DNA of 64,000 bases from an uncultured Sphingobacteriaceae bacterium (lineage in GTDB: Bacteria; Bacteroidota; Bacteroidia; Sphingobacteriales; Sphingobacteriaceae), in the NCBI GenBank assembly GCA_963696875.1, contig CAVOLQ010000005.1, positions 70,142 to 134,141 on the forward strand, in the 5' to 3' direction. How positions within the stretch are numbered: position 1 is the first letter of the stretch; each line of letters starts with the position of its first letter. This document shows, in pieces, positions 48,245-59,660 of the stretch. Below the pieces are notes generated by a model. It made no database searches. It worked only from the letters and a program-made list of their open reading frames with translations, and was not told the origin of the DNA. The translations under genes were made by a program, and so were the position numbers.

Positions 48245-48742
48245 TTATCGTGTACTGGCTCTTAACATCCAAGCCATTTTTTCATGCTTCTTCATTAGTC
48301 CAACAATAAAATCAGAGCTTCCCATATCGTCATATTTCTTATCAAAATCATCAATCAATCCTCTTAGATTACGGATCAAAGATTCATGATCGGCAACTAA
48401 TTCACTAATCATAGATTCTGTTATGGTTCCAGTTTCTGTATGCTCCTGAAGTGAGCAATCTGACAAAAATTGCTTCATACTTCCATTTGCAAAATTTCCT
48501 ATCTTTCGAATGCGCTCTGCTACTTCATCAATAATCTTCTGTAATTCATTATATTGTTCTTCTAGAAATACGTGCAGGGCGTGAAAATCCCTGCCTTCAA
48601 TATTCCAATGAAACTTCAGAGTTTTCAAATAGAGTACAAACTCATCGGCGAGTATCTTGTTTAATTCGTTCGCTACTTTTTTCGTATTCGCATTACTTAA
48701 ACCTGTGTCAACTTTTTCAGTTTCTTCTACTTTTTTTGCCAT
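48245..48742 (-). CDS. dps: Dps family DNA-protection/ferritin-like protein
   Basis: LNKILADEFVLYLKTLKFHWNIEG..F..LH..LEEQY ferroxidase-site pattern. Confidence 0.88.
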   Translation of the reverse strand: MAKKVEETEKVDTGLSNANTKKVANELNKILADEFVLYLKTLKFHWNIEGRDFHALHVFLEEQYNELQKIIDEVAERIRKIGNFANGSMKQFLSDCSLQEHTETGTITESMISELVADHESLIRNLRGLIDDFDKKYDDMGSSDFIVGLMKKHEKMAWMLRASTR

Positions 48743-48878
48743 GATCATTAATTTAAGTTCATATTGCTATTCTAACATAGAAAACATAAAAAAGTTCTAG
48801 AATGCTTAAGGATTATCCAATAAAAACCTCAATTTTGAACTGTTAAACGAAGTATAAACAAATTATTAATACTTAAAT

Positions 48879-49316
48879 ATGAGCTTAAGAAACATCCACT
48901 TCTTCAATGAAAATATACCCTTTACATTAAAAAATAAAAAGCTTATTAGGCAATGGATTTCCAAAACCATACAATCCGAAGGTTTTAAGAAAGTGGGGGA
49001 ACTAAGTATAATATTCTGTGATGATGACTATTTGCTCTCAATTAATCAGCAATACCTCGATCATAATACTTATACAGATATTATAACTTTTGATAATAGT
49101 GAAGATGAGGATATTATCAGTGGAGATATATTCATCAGCATTGATAGGATAAAAGAAAATGCCTCATTATTTAAAGTAGAAGAATCGAATGAGCTTCATC
49201 GTGTTATTATTCATGGAATACTTCATCTTTGTGGGTACCAAGACCATAGTGAAGATGAAAAAAAGTTAATGACAGAAAAAGAAGAATTTTATCTTAAAGA
49301 ATTATCTATATTTTAA
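48879..49316 (+). CDS. ybeY: rRNA maturation endoribonuclease YbeY
   Basis: HGILHLCGYQDH zinc motif, 145 aa. Confidence 0.9.
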   Translation: MSLRNIHFFNENIPFTLKNKKLIRQWISKTIQSEGFKKVGELSIIFCDDDYLLSINQQYLDHNTYTDIITFDNSEDEDIISGDIFISIDRIKENASLFKVEESNELHRVIIHGILHLCGYQDHSEDEKKLMTEKEEFYLKELSIF

Positions 49317-49371
49317 GCGTTACAGAATTAATAAATTCCTTATCTTGTTTAATATTTTAAATATATAAGGT

Positions 49372-49764
49372 ATGAAACGTAGAAAGTTCATAAAAAGTTC
49401 TGTAGCTATTGGGGTATTTCCATACTCCATAACTCAATCAGTTCAAGACACTAAAAATAATCTTATAGCCCATTATGTACTTTTCTGGCTTAAAGAAAAT
49501 CTTTCAGAAAAAGAAAAGAACGACTTTATTCAGTTTTTCGAAACATTAAAAAAAGTGCCCTCGATTAAATCATTACAATATGGGCCTCCTGCAGATACAA
49601 ATAAAAGAGACGTGGTAGATAATAGTTTCACTTATAATTTATTTGTTCTTTTTGAAAATATGGATGACCTAAACATATATGAAACCCACCCGATACATTT
49701 AGATGCCATAGAAAAATATAGCAAATATTGGGATAGAGTAATCGTCCACGATTCTAAATTCTAA
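49372..49764 (+). CDS. Dabb (stress-responsive alpha/beta-barrel) family protein with Tat-like signal
   Basis: MKRRKFIKSSVAIGV matches the RRxFxK twin-arginine pattern. The ferredoxin-like Dabb core reads HYVLFWLK......HP.H. Confidence 0.65.
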   Translation: MKRRKFIKSSVAIGVFPYSITQSVQDTKNNLIAHYVLFWLKENLSEKEKNDFIQFFETLKKVPSIKSLQYGPPADTNKRDVVDNSFTYNLFVLFENMDDLNIYETHPIHLDAIEKYSKYWDRVIVHDSKF

Positions 49765-49850
49765 ATAAATTTATAATAATAACAATATTCCCTATTAAAA
49801 AAGCCCAACCTAAAAATAGTTCGGGCTTCTTAATAAATTATTTATTTTCT

Positions 49851-50537
49851 TTAGTCTCTACTTCCAAAAAGGAAACTTGCATAATATAATAACGTTGCTA
49901 GTGAAGCCAAAGCTGCTACTACATAAGTCATAGCCGCCCACCACAATGCATCTTTTGCGCTATCATGCTCTTCTCTTCCCGCCATTACTCCAGGATTCAA
50001 CTCCAACCAAGCAAGCGCTCGTTTAGAAGCATCAAATTCCACCGGAAGGGTAACAAAACTAAATAATGTCGTTATCGCTAGTGCTGCTACTCCAATTCCC
50101 AATACTAAAGGATTTTGAGTGGAGAAATATAAAATAACACCAATCATTAAAACTACTGAAGTCAATTTTGAGGCAAAGCTAACCATCGGAACCATTGCAG
50201 ATCGAAACTGTAACCAATTATATGCTTTTGCATGTTGAACAGCGTGACCACATTCGTGAGATGCTACTGCTGCAGCTGCTATACTACGGCCGCTATATAC
50301 TTCAGGACTTAAATTTACCGTTCTATTTGCTGGATTATAATGATCGGTTAATTGACCCTCCACAGAAATCACCTCAACATCGTAAATATTGTTGTCATGA
50401 AGCATCTTTTCCGCAATGGCTTTCCCACTCATCCCTGTGGCAAGGGGTAGTTCTGAATATTTTTTAAATTTACCTTTGAATCGCGACTGAACTATAAAGC
50501 TTATAATCGCAATTCCAATAAATAATATCATTCCCAT
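49851..50537 (-). CDS. Zinc metallopeptidase (Zn_peptidase_2/YugP-like) membrane protein
   Basis: HECGHAVQH zinc motif, N-terminal and C-terminal TM segments. Confidence 0.8.
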   Translation of the reverse strand: MGMILFIGIAIISFIVQSRFKGKFKKYSELPLATGMSGKAIAEKMLHDNNIYDVEVISVEGQLTDHYNPANRTVNLSPEVYSGRSIAAAAVASHECGHAVQHAKAYNWLQFRSAMVPMVSFASKLTSVVLMIGVILYFSTQNPLVLGIGVAALAITTLFSFVTLPVEFDASKRALAWLELNPGVMAGREEHDSAKDALWWAAMTYVVAALASLATLLYYASFLFGSRD

Positions 50538-50708
50538 TTCTATCTTTTAATTATAATAAATACTCTTAGTAATATATCAAATTGTGTACCGATGTAAATA
50601 TACAAACTAAAACGACCTATAATTGTGATTTTTTCGCGACAAAATTGCAGAAAGTATGACATATGATTTGCTTATCCGTAGATTGCACATTTTAATAAAA
50701 CCATTACC

Positions 50709-51701
50709 ATGTCAATGATAAAACACAATTGGACTAAAGAGGAAATTTGGGAAATCTATCATAAACCATTGTTAGATTTAGTTTTTGAAGCAGCTAGCAT
50801 TCATAGAGAAAATAAAGATTATGGCGAAGTACAAATTAGTTCTTTACTTTCCATAAAAACAGGTGGGTGCAAAGAAGATTGCTCTTATTGTCCCCAAGCT
50901 TCACGTTACCATACTGACGTAGAAGTGCAGGCATTAATGAAAGTGGAAACAGTAGTTGAGGCCGCCAAAGTAGCCAAAGCTGGAGGAGCATCGAGATTAT
51001 GTATGGGTGCAGCCTGGCGTGAAGTTCGCGATAACCGAGATTTCGACAGAGTAATAGAAATGGTAAAAGAAGTCAACAAACTTGAAATGGAAGTATGTTG
51101 TACCTTAGGAATGTTAACTGAAAATCAAGCCCAACGACTGGCGGATGCTGGATTATACGCTTATAACCATAATTTAGATACCTCTGAAGAAGATTATAAA
51201 CGAATTATTAGTACTCGGACTTACGACGATCGTTTGAAAACAATAGAGAATGTAAGAAAAGCAAAACTTACGGTTTGTAGCGGGGGAATAATTGGATTAG
51301 GGGAAACTGTAAACGATCGAATCTCAATGATCAAAACATTAGCAAATATGCCTAAGCATCCTGAATCGGTCCCTATAAATGCATTGGTTCCTGTAAAAGG
51401 CACGCCAATGGAAAATCAACCCAGAGTTGCAATATGGGATATGATAAGGATGATTGCTACAACTAGAATAATTATGCCTAATACCGTAATCCGATTATCT
51501 GCAGGCAGAACTGAAATGAGTACTGTTGAACAGGCTTTCTGCTTTATGGCTGGCGCAAACTCTATATTTGCAGGAGACAAATTATTAACAACGCCTAATC
51601 CAAGTGTTATTGACGATATGGAAATGTTTTCAATTCTAGGATTAAAACCAAGGGAGGCCTTAAAAAAAGAACATTTAAAGGAAAACCAAATAGTTGCCTA
51701 A
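50709..51701 (+). CDS. bioB: Biotin synthase
   Basis: Radical [13 protein letters not shown], then YNHNLDTS, 330 aa. Confidence 0.93.
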   Translation: MSMIKHNWTKEEIWEIYHKPLLDLVFEAASIHRENKDYGEVQISSLLSIKTGGCKEDCSYCPQASRYHTDVEVQALMKVETVVEAAKVAKAGGASRLCMGAAWREVRDNRDFDRVIEMVKEVNKLEMEVCCTLGMLTENQAQRLADAGLYAYNHNLDTSEEDYKRIISTRTYDDRLKTIENVRKAKLTVCSGGIIGLGETVNDRISMIKTLANMPKHPESVPINALVPVKGTPMENQPRVAIWDMIRMIATTRIIMPNTVIRLSAGRTEMSTVEQAFCFMAGANSIFAGDKLLTTPNPSVIDDMEMFSILGLKPREALKKEHLKENQIVA

Positions 51702-51717
51702 TAAACTAAAAATAGAT

Positions 51718-51751
51718 AACAGGAAAGGTATTTCATTTCCTGTTATTTTTT
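51718..51751 (+). terminator. Rho-independent terminator after bioB
   Basis: Perfect 9-bp stem AACAGGAAA/TTTCCTGTT with a 9-nt loop, followed by ATTTTTTG. Confidence 0.75.
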
Positions 51752-51784
51752 GTCTAATTTTAAATTGCTAATTTTTTTATCAAT

Positions 51785-53155
51785 ATGGATACTATCATCT
51801 TAATTATCATCTTTATAATTCTATTAATTGCAATTATTTTACTCTTTAAACGCGCCAATAATGCTGATCGTAGTTCATTAGTTAACGAGAGTTTACAAGA
51901 CGAAATAAATAAAAACACCATAGCAATTGCTCGTTATGAAGAACGTATAGACAATATATTAGATGAAAAAAACAGCCTAATAAGCAGAATTGACGAAGAA
52001 AAGCTTCTGATTAAAAACGAGTTGAGGGAAGAACAACTAAAAAACTCCGACTTAATCAGAACTTTAGAAACAACAAGAGCTTTTTACGAAGCCGAGCAAG
52101 AAAAACTGAAGGCGCAAAGAATTGAAATTGATACAATGAAAACTCAATTCAACAAAGATTTCGAACTCATCGCAAACAAAATATTAGAAGAAAAAACTTC
52201 GAAGTTCAATGAAAGCCAACACAAATCATTAGATCACATCCTCCTTCCTTTTAAAGAAAACATCAAAGCCTTTGAAGAAAAGGTAGACAAGGTTTATAAA
52301 GCCGAATCGGACGAAAGAAATACATTAAAAGGCATTATTGATACCTTAGTAGAACAAAGTAAACAAATACAAAATGAAGCCAACAATTTAACAAGAGCCT
52401 TAAAAGGAGACAATAAAAAGCAAGGAAACTGGGGTGAAATGATTTTAGAAAGAGTCTTGGAAAGATCCGGTCTGGTAAAAGGATCTGAATATAGAATACA
52501 AGCAAGTTATACCAATGATCAGGGTCAACGGCTACAGCCCGATGTAATTATTGATCTTCCGGACGAAAAACACCTTATTATCGATGCTAAAGTGTCATTA
52601 ATAGCCTATGAAAAATGGGTAAATGCAGAAATAGATGAGGAAAGAACAATGTTTGCAAAACAACATATAGATTCGCTGCGTAATCATATTATTAGTTTGG
52701 CTTCTAAAAACTACTGTGATCTTTATCAAATAAATTCACCAGACTTTGTCCTGCTTTTTGTCCCAATTGAATCCTCCTTCAGTTTATCGATTGCCTTAGA
52801 TAATGAAATATTCAATTTTGCTTGGGATAGAAGAGTTGTTATAGTCAGTCCTTCAACACTTTTAGCAACATTAAGAACGATAGCCGGGCTTTGGACACAA
52901 GAACGACAAAATCGAAATGTGTTGGAAATTGCGCGTGAAGCAGGCTTATTATATGATAAATTCGTTGGTTTTACGGAAGATTTTTCTAAAATGGAAAAAC
53001 AAATCTCAGCACTCGCTAAATCACATGAAGATGCAAGAAAAAAATTAGATTCAGGGCGAGGAAATGTAATTTCAAAAATTGAAAAACTTAAAACATTAGG
53101 TGCTAAAACAAGCAAACAAATTGATTCTAAATACTTAGATGTAGAGCAAGATTAA
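51785..53155 (+). CDS. rmuC: DNA recombination protein RmuC
   Basis: N-terminal TM, long coiled coil, and the RmuC nuclease-like core (GNWGEMILERVLE, PDVIIDLP..K.LIIDAK). Confidence 0.88.
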   Translation: MDTIILIIIFIILLIAIILLFKRANNADRSSLVNESLQDEINKNTIAIARYEERIDNILDEKNSLISRIDEEKLLIKNELREEQLKNSDLIRTLETTRAFYEAEQEKLKAQRIEIDTMKTQFNKDFELIANKILEEKTSKFNESQHKSLDHILLPFKENIKAFEEKVDKVYKAESDERNTLKGIIDTLVEQSKQIQNEANNLTRALKGDNKKQGNWGEMILERVLERSGLVKGSEYRIQASYTNDQGQRLQPDVIIDLPDEKHLIIDAKVSLIAYEKWVNAEIDEERTMFAKQHIDSLRNHIISLASKNYCDLYQINSPDFVLLFVPIESSFSLSIALDNEIFNFAWDRRVVIVSPSTLLATLRTIAGLWTQERQNRNVLEIAREAGLLYDKFVGFTEDFSKMEKQISALAKSHEDARKKLDSGRGNVISKIEKLKTLGAKTSKQIDSKYLDVEQD

Positions 53156-54189
53156 CCGAATGCATTCCAGCCTTGTGCTTTTAAATCGTATTCATTATCA
53201 GACTTAGTAATCAACTTGTATCCTGCAGCAGCTTCGGTAATATAACCAATAGGAGTTATATCCATCGAATGTTCAACTTTTGAATAATCCGACTGGGATA
53301 TTGTAAATAATAATTCATAATCCTCACCCCCGTTCAGCGCACAAACGGAAGGATCAATTCCAAATTCCATTGCCGTATCAAAAGTCATAGGATCAATTGG
53401 GAATTTTTCTTCATACAATTTGCAACCCATATTAGACTGCTTGCAAATATGTAAAATATCAGAGGCTAAACCATCAGATACGTCAATCATAGCCGTTGGC
53501 TTTATATCATTCTCCTTAAAAAATTCAATTATATCTTTACGAGCCTCCGGTTTTAGTTGGCGCTCGATAATGTAATCCTTTCCTTCCAAATCCGGTTGAA
53601 TATTCGGATTTTCAAGGAAAATCTGCTTTTCTCTCTCTAATAATTGCAAGCCGATATAAGCTCCCCCTAAATCTCCCGAGACACAAATTATATCTCCCTC
53701 CTTAGCTCCCGTTCTATATACAACGTCAGCAGCATCTGCATAGCCAATACTCGTTACACTGATCACTAAACCTTGCTTAGAAGCAGAGGTATCACCGCCT
53801 ATTAAGTCGATATTATACTTCTTACATGCCAATAAAGCCCCTTCATAAATTTCTTCTACAGCTTCTAAAGGAAACTTACTAGATAACCCTATTGAAAATG
53901 TGATTTGAGAAGCAATACCATTCATCGCATAAATGTCACTCAGATTTACCTGAACCGCTTTATAACCCAAATGTTTTAAAGGAACATAGCGTAAATCAAA
54001 ATGTACACCTTCTAATAATAAATCTGTTGAAATTAAAGTTTGTTTATCAGAAAAATTTAGAACGGCGGCATCGTCTCCTATTCCTTTTACTGTTGTATCT
54101 TGTGTCAATTCAACCGATTTATTTATCAAATCAATTAAACCAAACTCGCCTAACTCTTCTAAATTCGTAGTTCCTCTATTTTCAAACAT
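53152..54189 (-). CDS. thiL: Thiamine-monophosphate kinase
   Basis: GIGDDAAV, the TDLLLEGVHF motif and GGD...S. AIR-synthase-related fold. Confidence 0.88.
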   Translation of the reverse strand: MFENRGTTNLEELGEFGLIDLINKSVELTQDTTVKGIGDDAAVLNFSDKQTLISTDLLLEGVHFDLRYVPLKHLGYKAVQVNLSDIYAMNGIASQITFSIGLSSKFPLEAVEEIYEGALLACKKYNIDLIGGDTSASKQGLVISVTSIGYADAADVVYRTGAKEGDIICVSGDLGGAYIGLQLLEREKQIFLENPNIQPDLEGKDYIIERQLKPEARKDIIEFFKENDIKPTAMIDVSDGLASDILHICKQSNMGCKLYEEKFPIDPMTFDTAMEFGIDPSVCALNGGEDYELLFTISQSDYSKVEHSMDITPIGYITEAAAGYKLITKSDNEYDLKAQGWNAFG

Positions 54190-54199
54190 AATTGTATTT

Positions 54200-55210
54200 C
54201 TATAAGCCGAAAGAAGCAGATATTTCTAGCATCCTTTCTATTGGTTTTCTTGCACGATCAATAATATCTTTGGGCACATCTATCTCCGGAAGTTCAAATT
54301 TCATGCAATTGTATAGTTTTTCTAAAGTATTCAATTTCATGTGCGGACAATCGTTGCAGGCACAAGCATTTGTTGGAGGAGCTGGAATAAATACTTTTTC
54401 GGGATTAGCCTTTTGCATTTGATAAATAATCCCACTCTCTGTCGCAACAATAAAAGTATTAGCAGGATTCTCCTGCGTATATTTTAATAACCCAGACGTA
54501 GAACCTATATAATCAGCTAATTCCAAAATATGATTTTCACATTCCGGATGAGCGATCAATTTTGAACCAGGATGTTCTTCTTTTAATTTCAAAATTTTGT
54601 CTTCAGAAAATATTTCGTGAACCATACAAGCCCCATTCCACAAAACAAGATCATTTCTGCCCGATTTCTTCATCACATATTCACCCAAATTCTTATCAGG
54701 ACCAAAAATAATCTTTTGATCTTTAGGTAAACTTTGAACAATTTGAACAGCATTCGAGGAAGTACATACGATATCACTCAAAGCTTTTAATTCTGCTGTA
54801 CAATTTACATAAGTAATGACTAAATGATCGGGATATTGTTCCTTGAATTTCGCAAATAAATGGGGCGGACAACTGTCCGCCAAAGAACAACCAGCCTTTA
54901 AATCAGGTAATAACACCTTTTTTGTAGGTGACAATATTTTAGCTGTCTCTGCCATAAAATGAACTCCTGAAAATACAATCACATCTGCCGAAGTTTTAGC
55001 TGCCTCTTGAGATAAGCCTAAACTATCTCCAATATAATCAGCAACTTCCTGTATTTCAGAGTCTTGATAGTAATGCGCAAGAATAACAGCATTCTTTTCT
55101 TTCTTAAAACGCTTTATTTCTTCAACAATATCAATTGAAGGATCTATTAATTCATCAATAAATCCTTTTTCGTTTAATTCAATATCATATGTTTCCATAA
55201 TGTCTTTCAT
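54200..55210 (-). CDS. nadA: Quinolinate synthase
   Basis: [19 protein letters not shown], and the three cluster-binding Cys regions (C..M.., HPEC, C..CPHM). Confidence 0.92.
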   Translation of the reverse strand: MKDIMETYDIELNEKGFIDELIDPSIDIVEEIKRFKKEKNAVILAHYYQDSEIQEVADYIGDSLGLSQEAAKTSADVIVFSGVHFMAETAKILSPTKKVLLPDLKAGCSLADSCPPHLFAKFKEQYPDHLVITYVNCTAELKALSDIVCTSSNAVQIVQSLPKDQKIIFGPDKNLGEYVMKKSGRNDLVLWNGACMVHEIFSEDKILKLKEEHPGSKLIAHPECENHILELADYIGSTSGLLKYTQENPANTFIVATESGIIYQMQKANPEKVFIPAPPTNACACNDCPHMKLNTLEKLYNCMKFELPEIDVPKDIIDRARKPIERMLEISASFGL

Positions 55211-55666
55211 CTTTTACAAAAGTACATAAAGAATTTGAATTCGAAATTTCAACCTTTTCCCCACCACAATAATGATAATAATTCATTTATATAAAAGTTT
55301 TATTATTGTTTATTATGATGTTAGTTATGTGGTTAAATCACTCTCTTTTTTATTTGTTTCGTGACTTATGTTAGTTTATTAACACAATATTAACATAATT
55401 TTTATATTAAAAGGCTGATTATCATATCTTATTATTTTTCAAATTATTTTATTAATTTTTTTGTGTGCATTTTTAGTGATCTTTGTTTCGTGGATAAGTT
55501 ACCTATTTAGGAGAGTTCTAATAGTTCGAATTTGTGTATAAATGGATTTAGTGTGGACGAAATTTCGCAAAGTCTATAACTTCACAATTTGTGGACATTT
55601 AATCCACACCTTTATGGGAGTTCTACACGTTAATAGTGAATAACAATTTAGTAAATATTTAGATCT

Positions 55667-57253
55667 ATGCATAATATTGATTTTTTAGTAGTTGGTTCTG
55701 GCATTGCTGGATTGAGTTTTGCCTTGAAAGCTGCTAAACATGGTAAAGTACTGATTGTTACAAAAGCTAATGAGGACGAATCAAACACCAAATATGCCCA
55801 AGGTGGAGTGGCAGCAGTTGTGGATAAGTCTGATTCATTTGAGAAGCATATCACTGATACTCTGATTGCTGGGGATGGTTTATGCGATGAAAAAATTGTG
55901 GAAATCGTCGTAAAGGAAGGACCAAAGAGAATTCAAGAAATTATTGACTACGGAACTCATTTTGATAAAAAGTCGGATGGATTTTATGATTTAGCGAAAG
56001 AAGGCGGGCATTCCGAAAGTCGAGTATTGCATTATAAGGACATTACAGGCTTCGAAATAGAACGTGCCTTATTAGAAAAAGTACATGAAGACCCCAATAT
56101 CCAAATTTTAACACATTATTTTGCTATAGATTTTATTACACAGCATCATTTAGGTAAGTATATAGATAAGCATTCGGATAATATAGAATGTTATGGAATT
56201 TATGCATTGGATACTAAAAACAATAAAATTGAAAAATTTTTGAGTAAGGTAACCGTAGTGGCAAGTGGAGGGGCTGGGCATATTTATTCAAGTACTACAA
56301 ACCCTGTTATCGCTACAGGCGATGGTATTGCGATGTTTTATAGGGCCAAAGGTAGAGTAAGAAATATGGAATTCATTCAATTTCACCCTACCTCGCTTTA
56401 TAAACCAGGAGAATATCCTTCTTTTTTGATTTCTGAAGCGCTTAGGGGTTTTGGTGCCATCTTAAGACGAATTAATGGTGAAGAGTTTATGTATGAATAT
56501 GACGAGCGTGGTTCTTTAGCACCTAGGGATATCGTTGCACGTGCTATTGATGCAGAAATGAAGAAGTCGGGTGAAGACTATGTTTATTTGGATATCACGC
56601 ACCGAAAGAAAGATGAGTTGCTAGCGCATTTTCCTAATATTTACGCCAAATGCTTAAGTATTGGAATCGATTTAGTCCATGATTATATTCCTGTTACTCC
56701 CGCCGCTCATTATTTATGCGGTGGTATTTTTGTGAATGAGAATGGGCAAACTTCTATAAATAGGCTTTATGCCTGTGGGGAATGTTCTTCTACCGGATTA
56801 CACGGTGCAAATAGGCTGGCTTCTAATTCATTATTGGAAGCTTCCGTTTTTGCACATCGGATTTATGAGCATGCATCGCATAATTTTATAAACTATACTA
56901 TCCCTGAAGCCATACCAGATTGGGATGAGTCAAATACAAGCTTATCTAATGAAGATATTTTGGTGGTTCACAATTTGAGGGAAACACAGAAAATAATGAG
57001 CGATTACGTGGGTATCGTTCGCTCTGATTTCCGTTTGGAACGTGCTTTTAGACGATTGGGTTTATTATACGATGAAACAGAAAGCTTCTATAAAAATACC
57101 AAGCTGTCTGTTAAATTGTGTGAATTGAGGAACGTTATTCAGGTAGCTTTTATTGTTATAAAAAGTGCCCGGCTTCGTAAAGAAAGTCGTGGCTTACATT
57201 ATACAACGGACTACCCAGAACATAGCGATAAAATTGAAGATACTATATTTTAA
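55667..57253 (+). CDS. nadB: L-aspartate oxidase
   Basis: VVGSGIAGLS FAD motif, YAQGG, FHPT, and the GANRLASNSLLE motif. Confidence 0.92.
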   Translation: MHNIDFLVVGSGIAGLSFALKAAKHGKVLIVTKANEDESNTKYAQGGVAAVVDKSDSFEKHITDTLIAGDGLCDEKIVEIVVKEGPKRIQEIIDYGTHFDKKSDGFYDLAKEGGHSESRVLHYKDITGFEIERALLEKVHEDPNIQILTHYFAIDFITQHHLGKYIDKHSDNIECYGIYALDTKNNKIEKFLSKVTVVASGGAGHIYSSTTNPVIATGDGIAMFYRAKGRVRNMEFIQFHPTSLYKPGEYPSFLISEALRGFGAILRRINGEEFMYEYDERGSLAPRDIVARAIDAEMKKSGEDYVYLDITHRKKDELLAHFPNIYAKCLSIGIDLVHDYIPVTPAAHYLCGGIFVNENGQTSINRLYACGECSSTGLHGANRLASNSLLEASVFAHRIYEHASHNFINYTIPEAIPDWDESNTSLSNEDILVVHNLRETQKIMSDYVGIVRSDFRLERAFRRLGLLYDETESFYKNTKLSVKLCELRNVIQVAFIVIKSARLRKESRGLHYTTDYPEHSDKIEDTIF

Positions 57254-57772
57254 ATGAAGATTATGCCTATTATTATGCCAATAGAGGGTGTAAACCCTAT
57301 TTTACCCGACTCCAGCTTCATTGCCCCAAATGCAACAATCGTTGGCGACGTAGTTCTAGGAGAGAAATGTTCGGTTTGGTTCAACGCTATTATTCGGGGA
57401 GATGTTAATTTTATTCGAATTGGTGATTATACCAATATACAAGACGGTGTGGTCATTCATTGTACCTATAAGAAGGCGGGAACAACCATCGGTAATTATG
57501 TATCCATTGGTCATAATGCTCTGGTTCACGGATGTACGCTGCATGATCATGTGCTAATTGGCATGGGTGCGATTGTAATGGACCATGCTGTTGTCGAAGA
57601 ATTCGTAATCATTGCTGCCGGAGCTGTCGTTTTGGAGAATACCATTTGTGAATCAGGATACCTATATGCCGGTATTCCAGCAAAAAAGATTAAACCAATT
57701 ACAGAGGAACAAAGAGCAATGTTGAAGCAATTGCCACATAACTACGTCCTATATTCAAGTTGGTATGAATAA
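57254..57772 (+). CDS. Gamma-carbonic-anhydrase-like left-handed beta-helix (hexapeptide repeat) protein
   Basis: Hexapeptide repeats and His ligands (IHC.., GH.ALVHG). 172 aa. Confidence 0.8.
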   Translation: MKIMPIIMPIEGVNPILPDSSFIAPNATIVGDVVLGEKCSVWFNAIIRGDVNFIRIGDYTNIQDGVVIHCTYKKAGTTIGNYVSIGHNALVHGCTLHDHVLIGMGAIVMDHAVVEEFVIIAAGAVVLENTICESGYLYAGIPAKKIKPITEEQRAMLKQLPHNYVLYSSWYE

Positions 57773-57819
57773 GAGTTAGATTATATCTTTCACATTATCA
57801 GAAAGGTATAATCTTTTAC

Positions 57820-59583
57820 TCATTTTTCTTCATTCTTTATCACCGGTTTTTGTTCTTCTTCCGGTTTTGTTTTACTCTCTTCTTTCGCTGATTCCGGAAT
57901 CTTCTCTACCTCTAAATTAGGTGAAGGAAATACGATAGTCTCCTCTTGCTCCCAGTTTGGCCTTATGGTAAGTATTTTATTCCAGAACCATATTTTTTCA
58001 GGTTGAGTTTTTTCCTCTACACTCCCCGTATCCCATCTATTATTTTTATTTTCATCATAGACAATTCGAACTTTGTATTTTGTGCCAAACATGTTTTTGT
58101 AACCTACCTTTCGTGATTGAGCAACAGGTGTACTTATTATGATTTCATCCCTTTCATTTAATAGCTGTACCAAATAATTTGTATTACTATCAGGTACGAT
58201 TATGTTTAATACGATATCCCCATAATTTTGGGTTTCATTATAGGTAAATTGTTGTTCAATTACTTCAGATTTTTCACCAAAAATGCCGGTAAAAGCTCCT
58301 TCTCCGAACTTAATTAGATAGTTCTTATTCGGCCTCCAATTGTATTTTATTATTGCCCTTCTTTTAAAAGCCGTATCTAAATTAATTTGAAAATTTGTTC
58401 GAGCAACTGAATCTTCTGTTAATACAATTTTTGTTTTATCGTATTCTTTTAGTGGTGCTGAAGCAGTGATTTCAATATTTTTAATTTTGTCGACTACTCT
58501 CCTGTTTAGGTTATCAGTCAATGTTATTTTAGTATCGTATTGGTCTTTAGCATTCCTTTTTAGTTTGGTCGTATCCAGTATGCGGGAACCGTCTTTTATT
58601 TCTATATCAAGTGAATCAAAAGCCAATTTGGGTAGCCATATATAGGCTGTATCTTTTGTATTAGTAAATTCAGTGATTTTTTCTAAATTTAAAGTAGGGT
58701 CATTTAGAATGGTAAGTGAGGGATTATATATGGGCTTATTGAAAAGAATTGTAATTTTGCCTTTCGGATCGAGTGATCGGTTTAGAATCCTGAAATCTTT
58801 TGGTATTTCCTTAAATAGAGCTAACTTTATTCCTGAAGTATCTTTTTTTAATTCAATAGAGTCCTTCAAAAAACCTATTAGTTCGTCAGGGTTATTATAT
58901 ATCCTATCATTATTCGTTTCTTTTAATCCATAGATACGATATGAGCCCTCATGGAGGTTCTTTAAAGAAAAATTACCTGCGCTGTCGGTTTGTGTAAAAA
59001 TATTTGCTTTTCTTTTTCCAAAGATAGAGTCCTGTTTTGTATTAATTAATAATACCGTGACTTCCGGCTCTTCTTCTAAAGTGAGCGCATTGATTACATT
59101 TCCCGAAATAGAGAGCGAGTCAATTTCTGGCCCGGTCGAAAAAATATAACTAAAGTTTTTAAGCTCATTCCCTTCGTTGAAATCGACAATGGAATTTCCG
59201 AAATTTATAGCGTAAGTCGTGTTTTCAGCTAATGAGTCTGGCAACGTTACGACAAGGCTGCTTTTTTTTATCTGATACAATGGAGTCTCATCCATATCGG
59301 GCGATATACTTATTTCGGTAAATTCATTTCTCAACCTCACAAATTCATCGAAGGTAATTTGGATTTTGCGCTGATCGAAATTCCTAGTAAGGTTTTCTGG
59401 GACGATCGATAATATTTTTGGTGGAGTCTCGTCTTTTGGACCGCCTGTAGGCTGTTGGACGGTAGCACAGGCTGATATTAGGAACAAAAAACCTAAAAAA
59501 AATGCAAAAAACAGGGATTTCTTATTTAAGCGTATTTTTAGCCTTTTTAAGACACTTTTATTATTCGAGATAATAGTTGTCAT
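57820..59583 (-). CDS. Hypothetical lipoprotein with N-terminal Ig-like (SbsA_Ig-type) domain
   Basis: Lipobox LISACAT, DETPPKILSIVPEN..T.F....I.I.F.E.V pattern, and a Lys/Glu-rich tail. Confidence 0.5.
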   Translation of the reverse strand: MTTIISNNKSVLKRLKIRLNKKSLFFAFFLGFLFLISACATVQQPTGGPKDETPPKILSIVPENLTRNFDQRKIQITFDEFVRLRNEFTEISISPDMDETPLYQIKKSSLVVTLPDSLAENTTYAINFGNSIVDFNEGNELKNFSYIFSTGPEIDSLSISGNVINALTLEEEPEVTVLLINTKQDSIFGKRKANIFTQTDSAGNFSLKNLHEGSYRIYGLKETNNDRIYNNPDELIGFLKDSIELKKDTSGIKLALFKEIPKDFRILNRSLDPKGKITILFNKPIYNPSLTILNDPTLNLEKITEFTNTKDTAYIWLPKLAFDSLDIEIKDGSRILDTTKLKRNAKDQYDTKITLTDNLNRRVVDKIKNIEITASAPLKEYDKTKIVLTEDSVARTNFQINLDTAFKRRAIIKYNWRPNKNYLIKFGEGAFTGIFGEKSEVIEQQFTYNETQNYGDIVLNIIVPDSNTNYLVQLLNERDEIIISTPVAQSRKVGYKNMFGTKYKVRIVYDENKNNRWDTGSVEEKTQPEKIWFWNKILTIRPNWEQEETIVFPSPNLEVEKIPESAKEESKTKPEEEQKPVIKNEEK

Positions 59584-59660
59584 AAATTCTGAAATAATTA
59601 GTTATACTTAATTTAAATAAGCCGTCACTTTTAATAGTTAATATATTGTTAATCAGTTCA

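Noticed and set aside
54192-55854. ORFs 54192..54422 (+) and 55648..55854 (-), overlapping nadA and nadB respectively
   Set aside because: Both are antisense to highly conserved enzymes. They have no motifs and no independent support.
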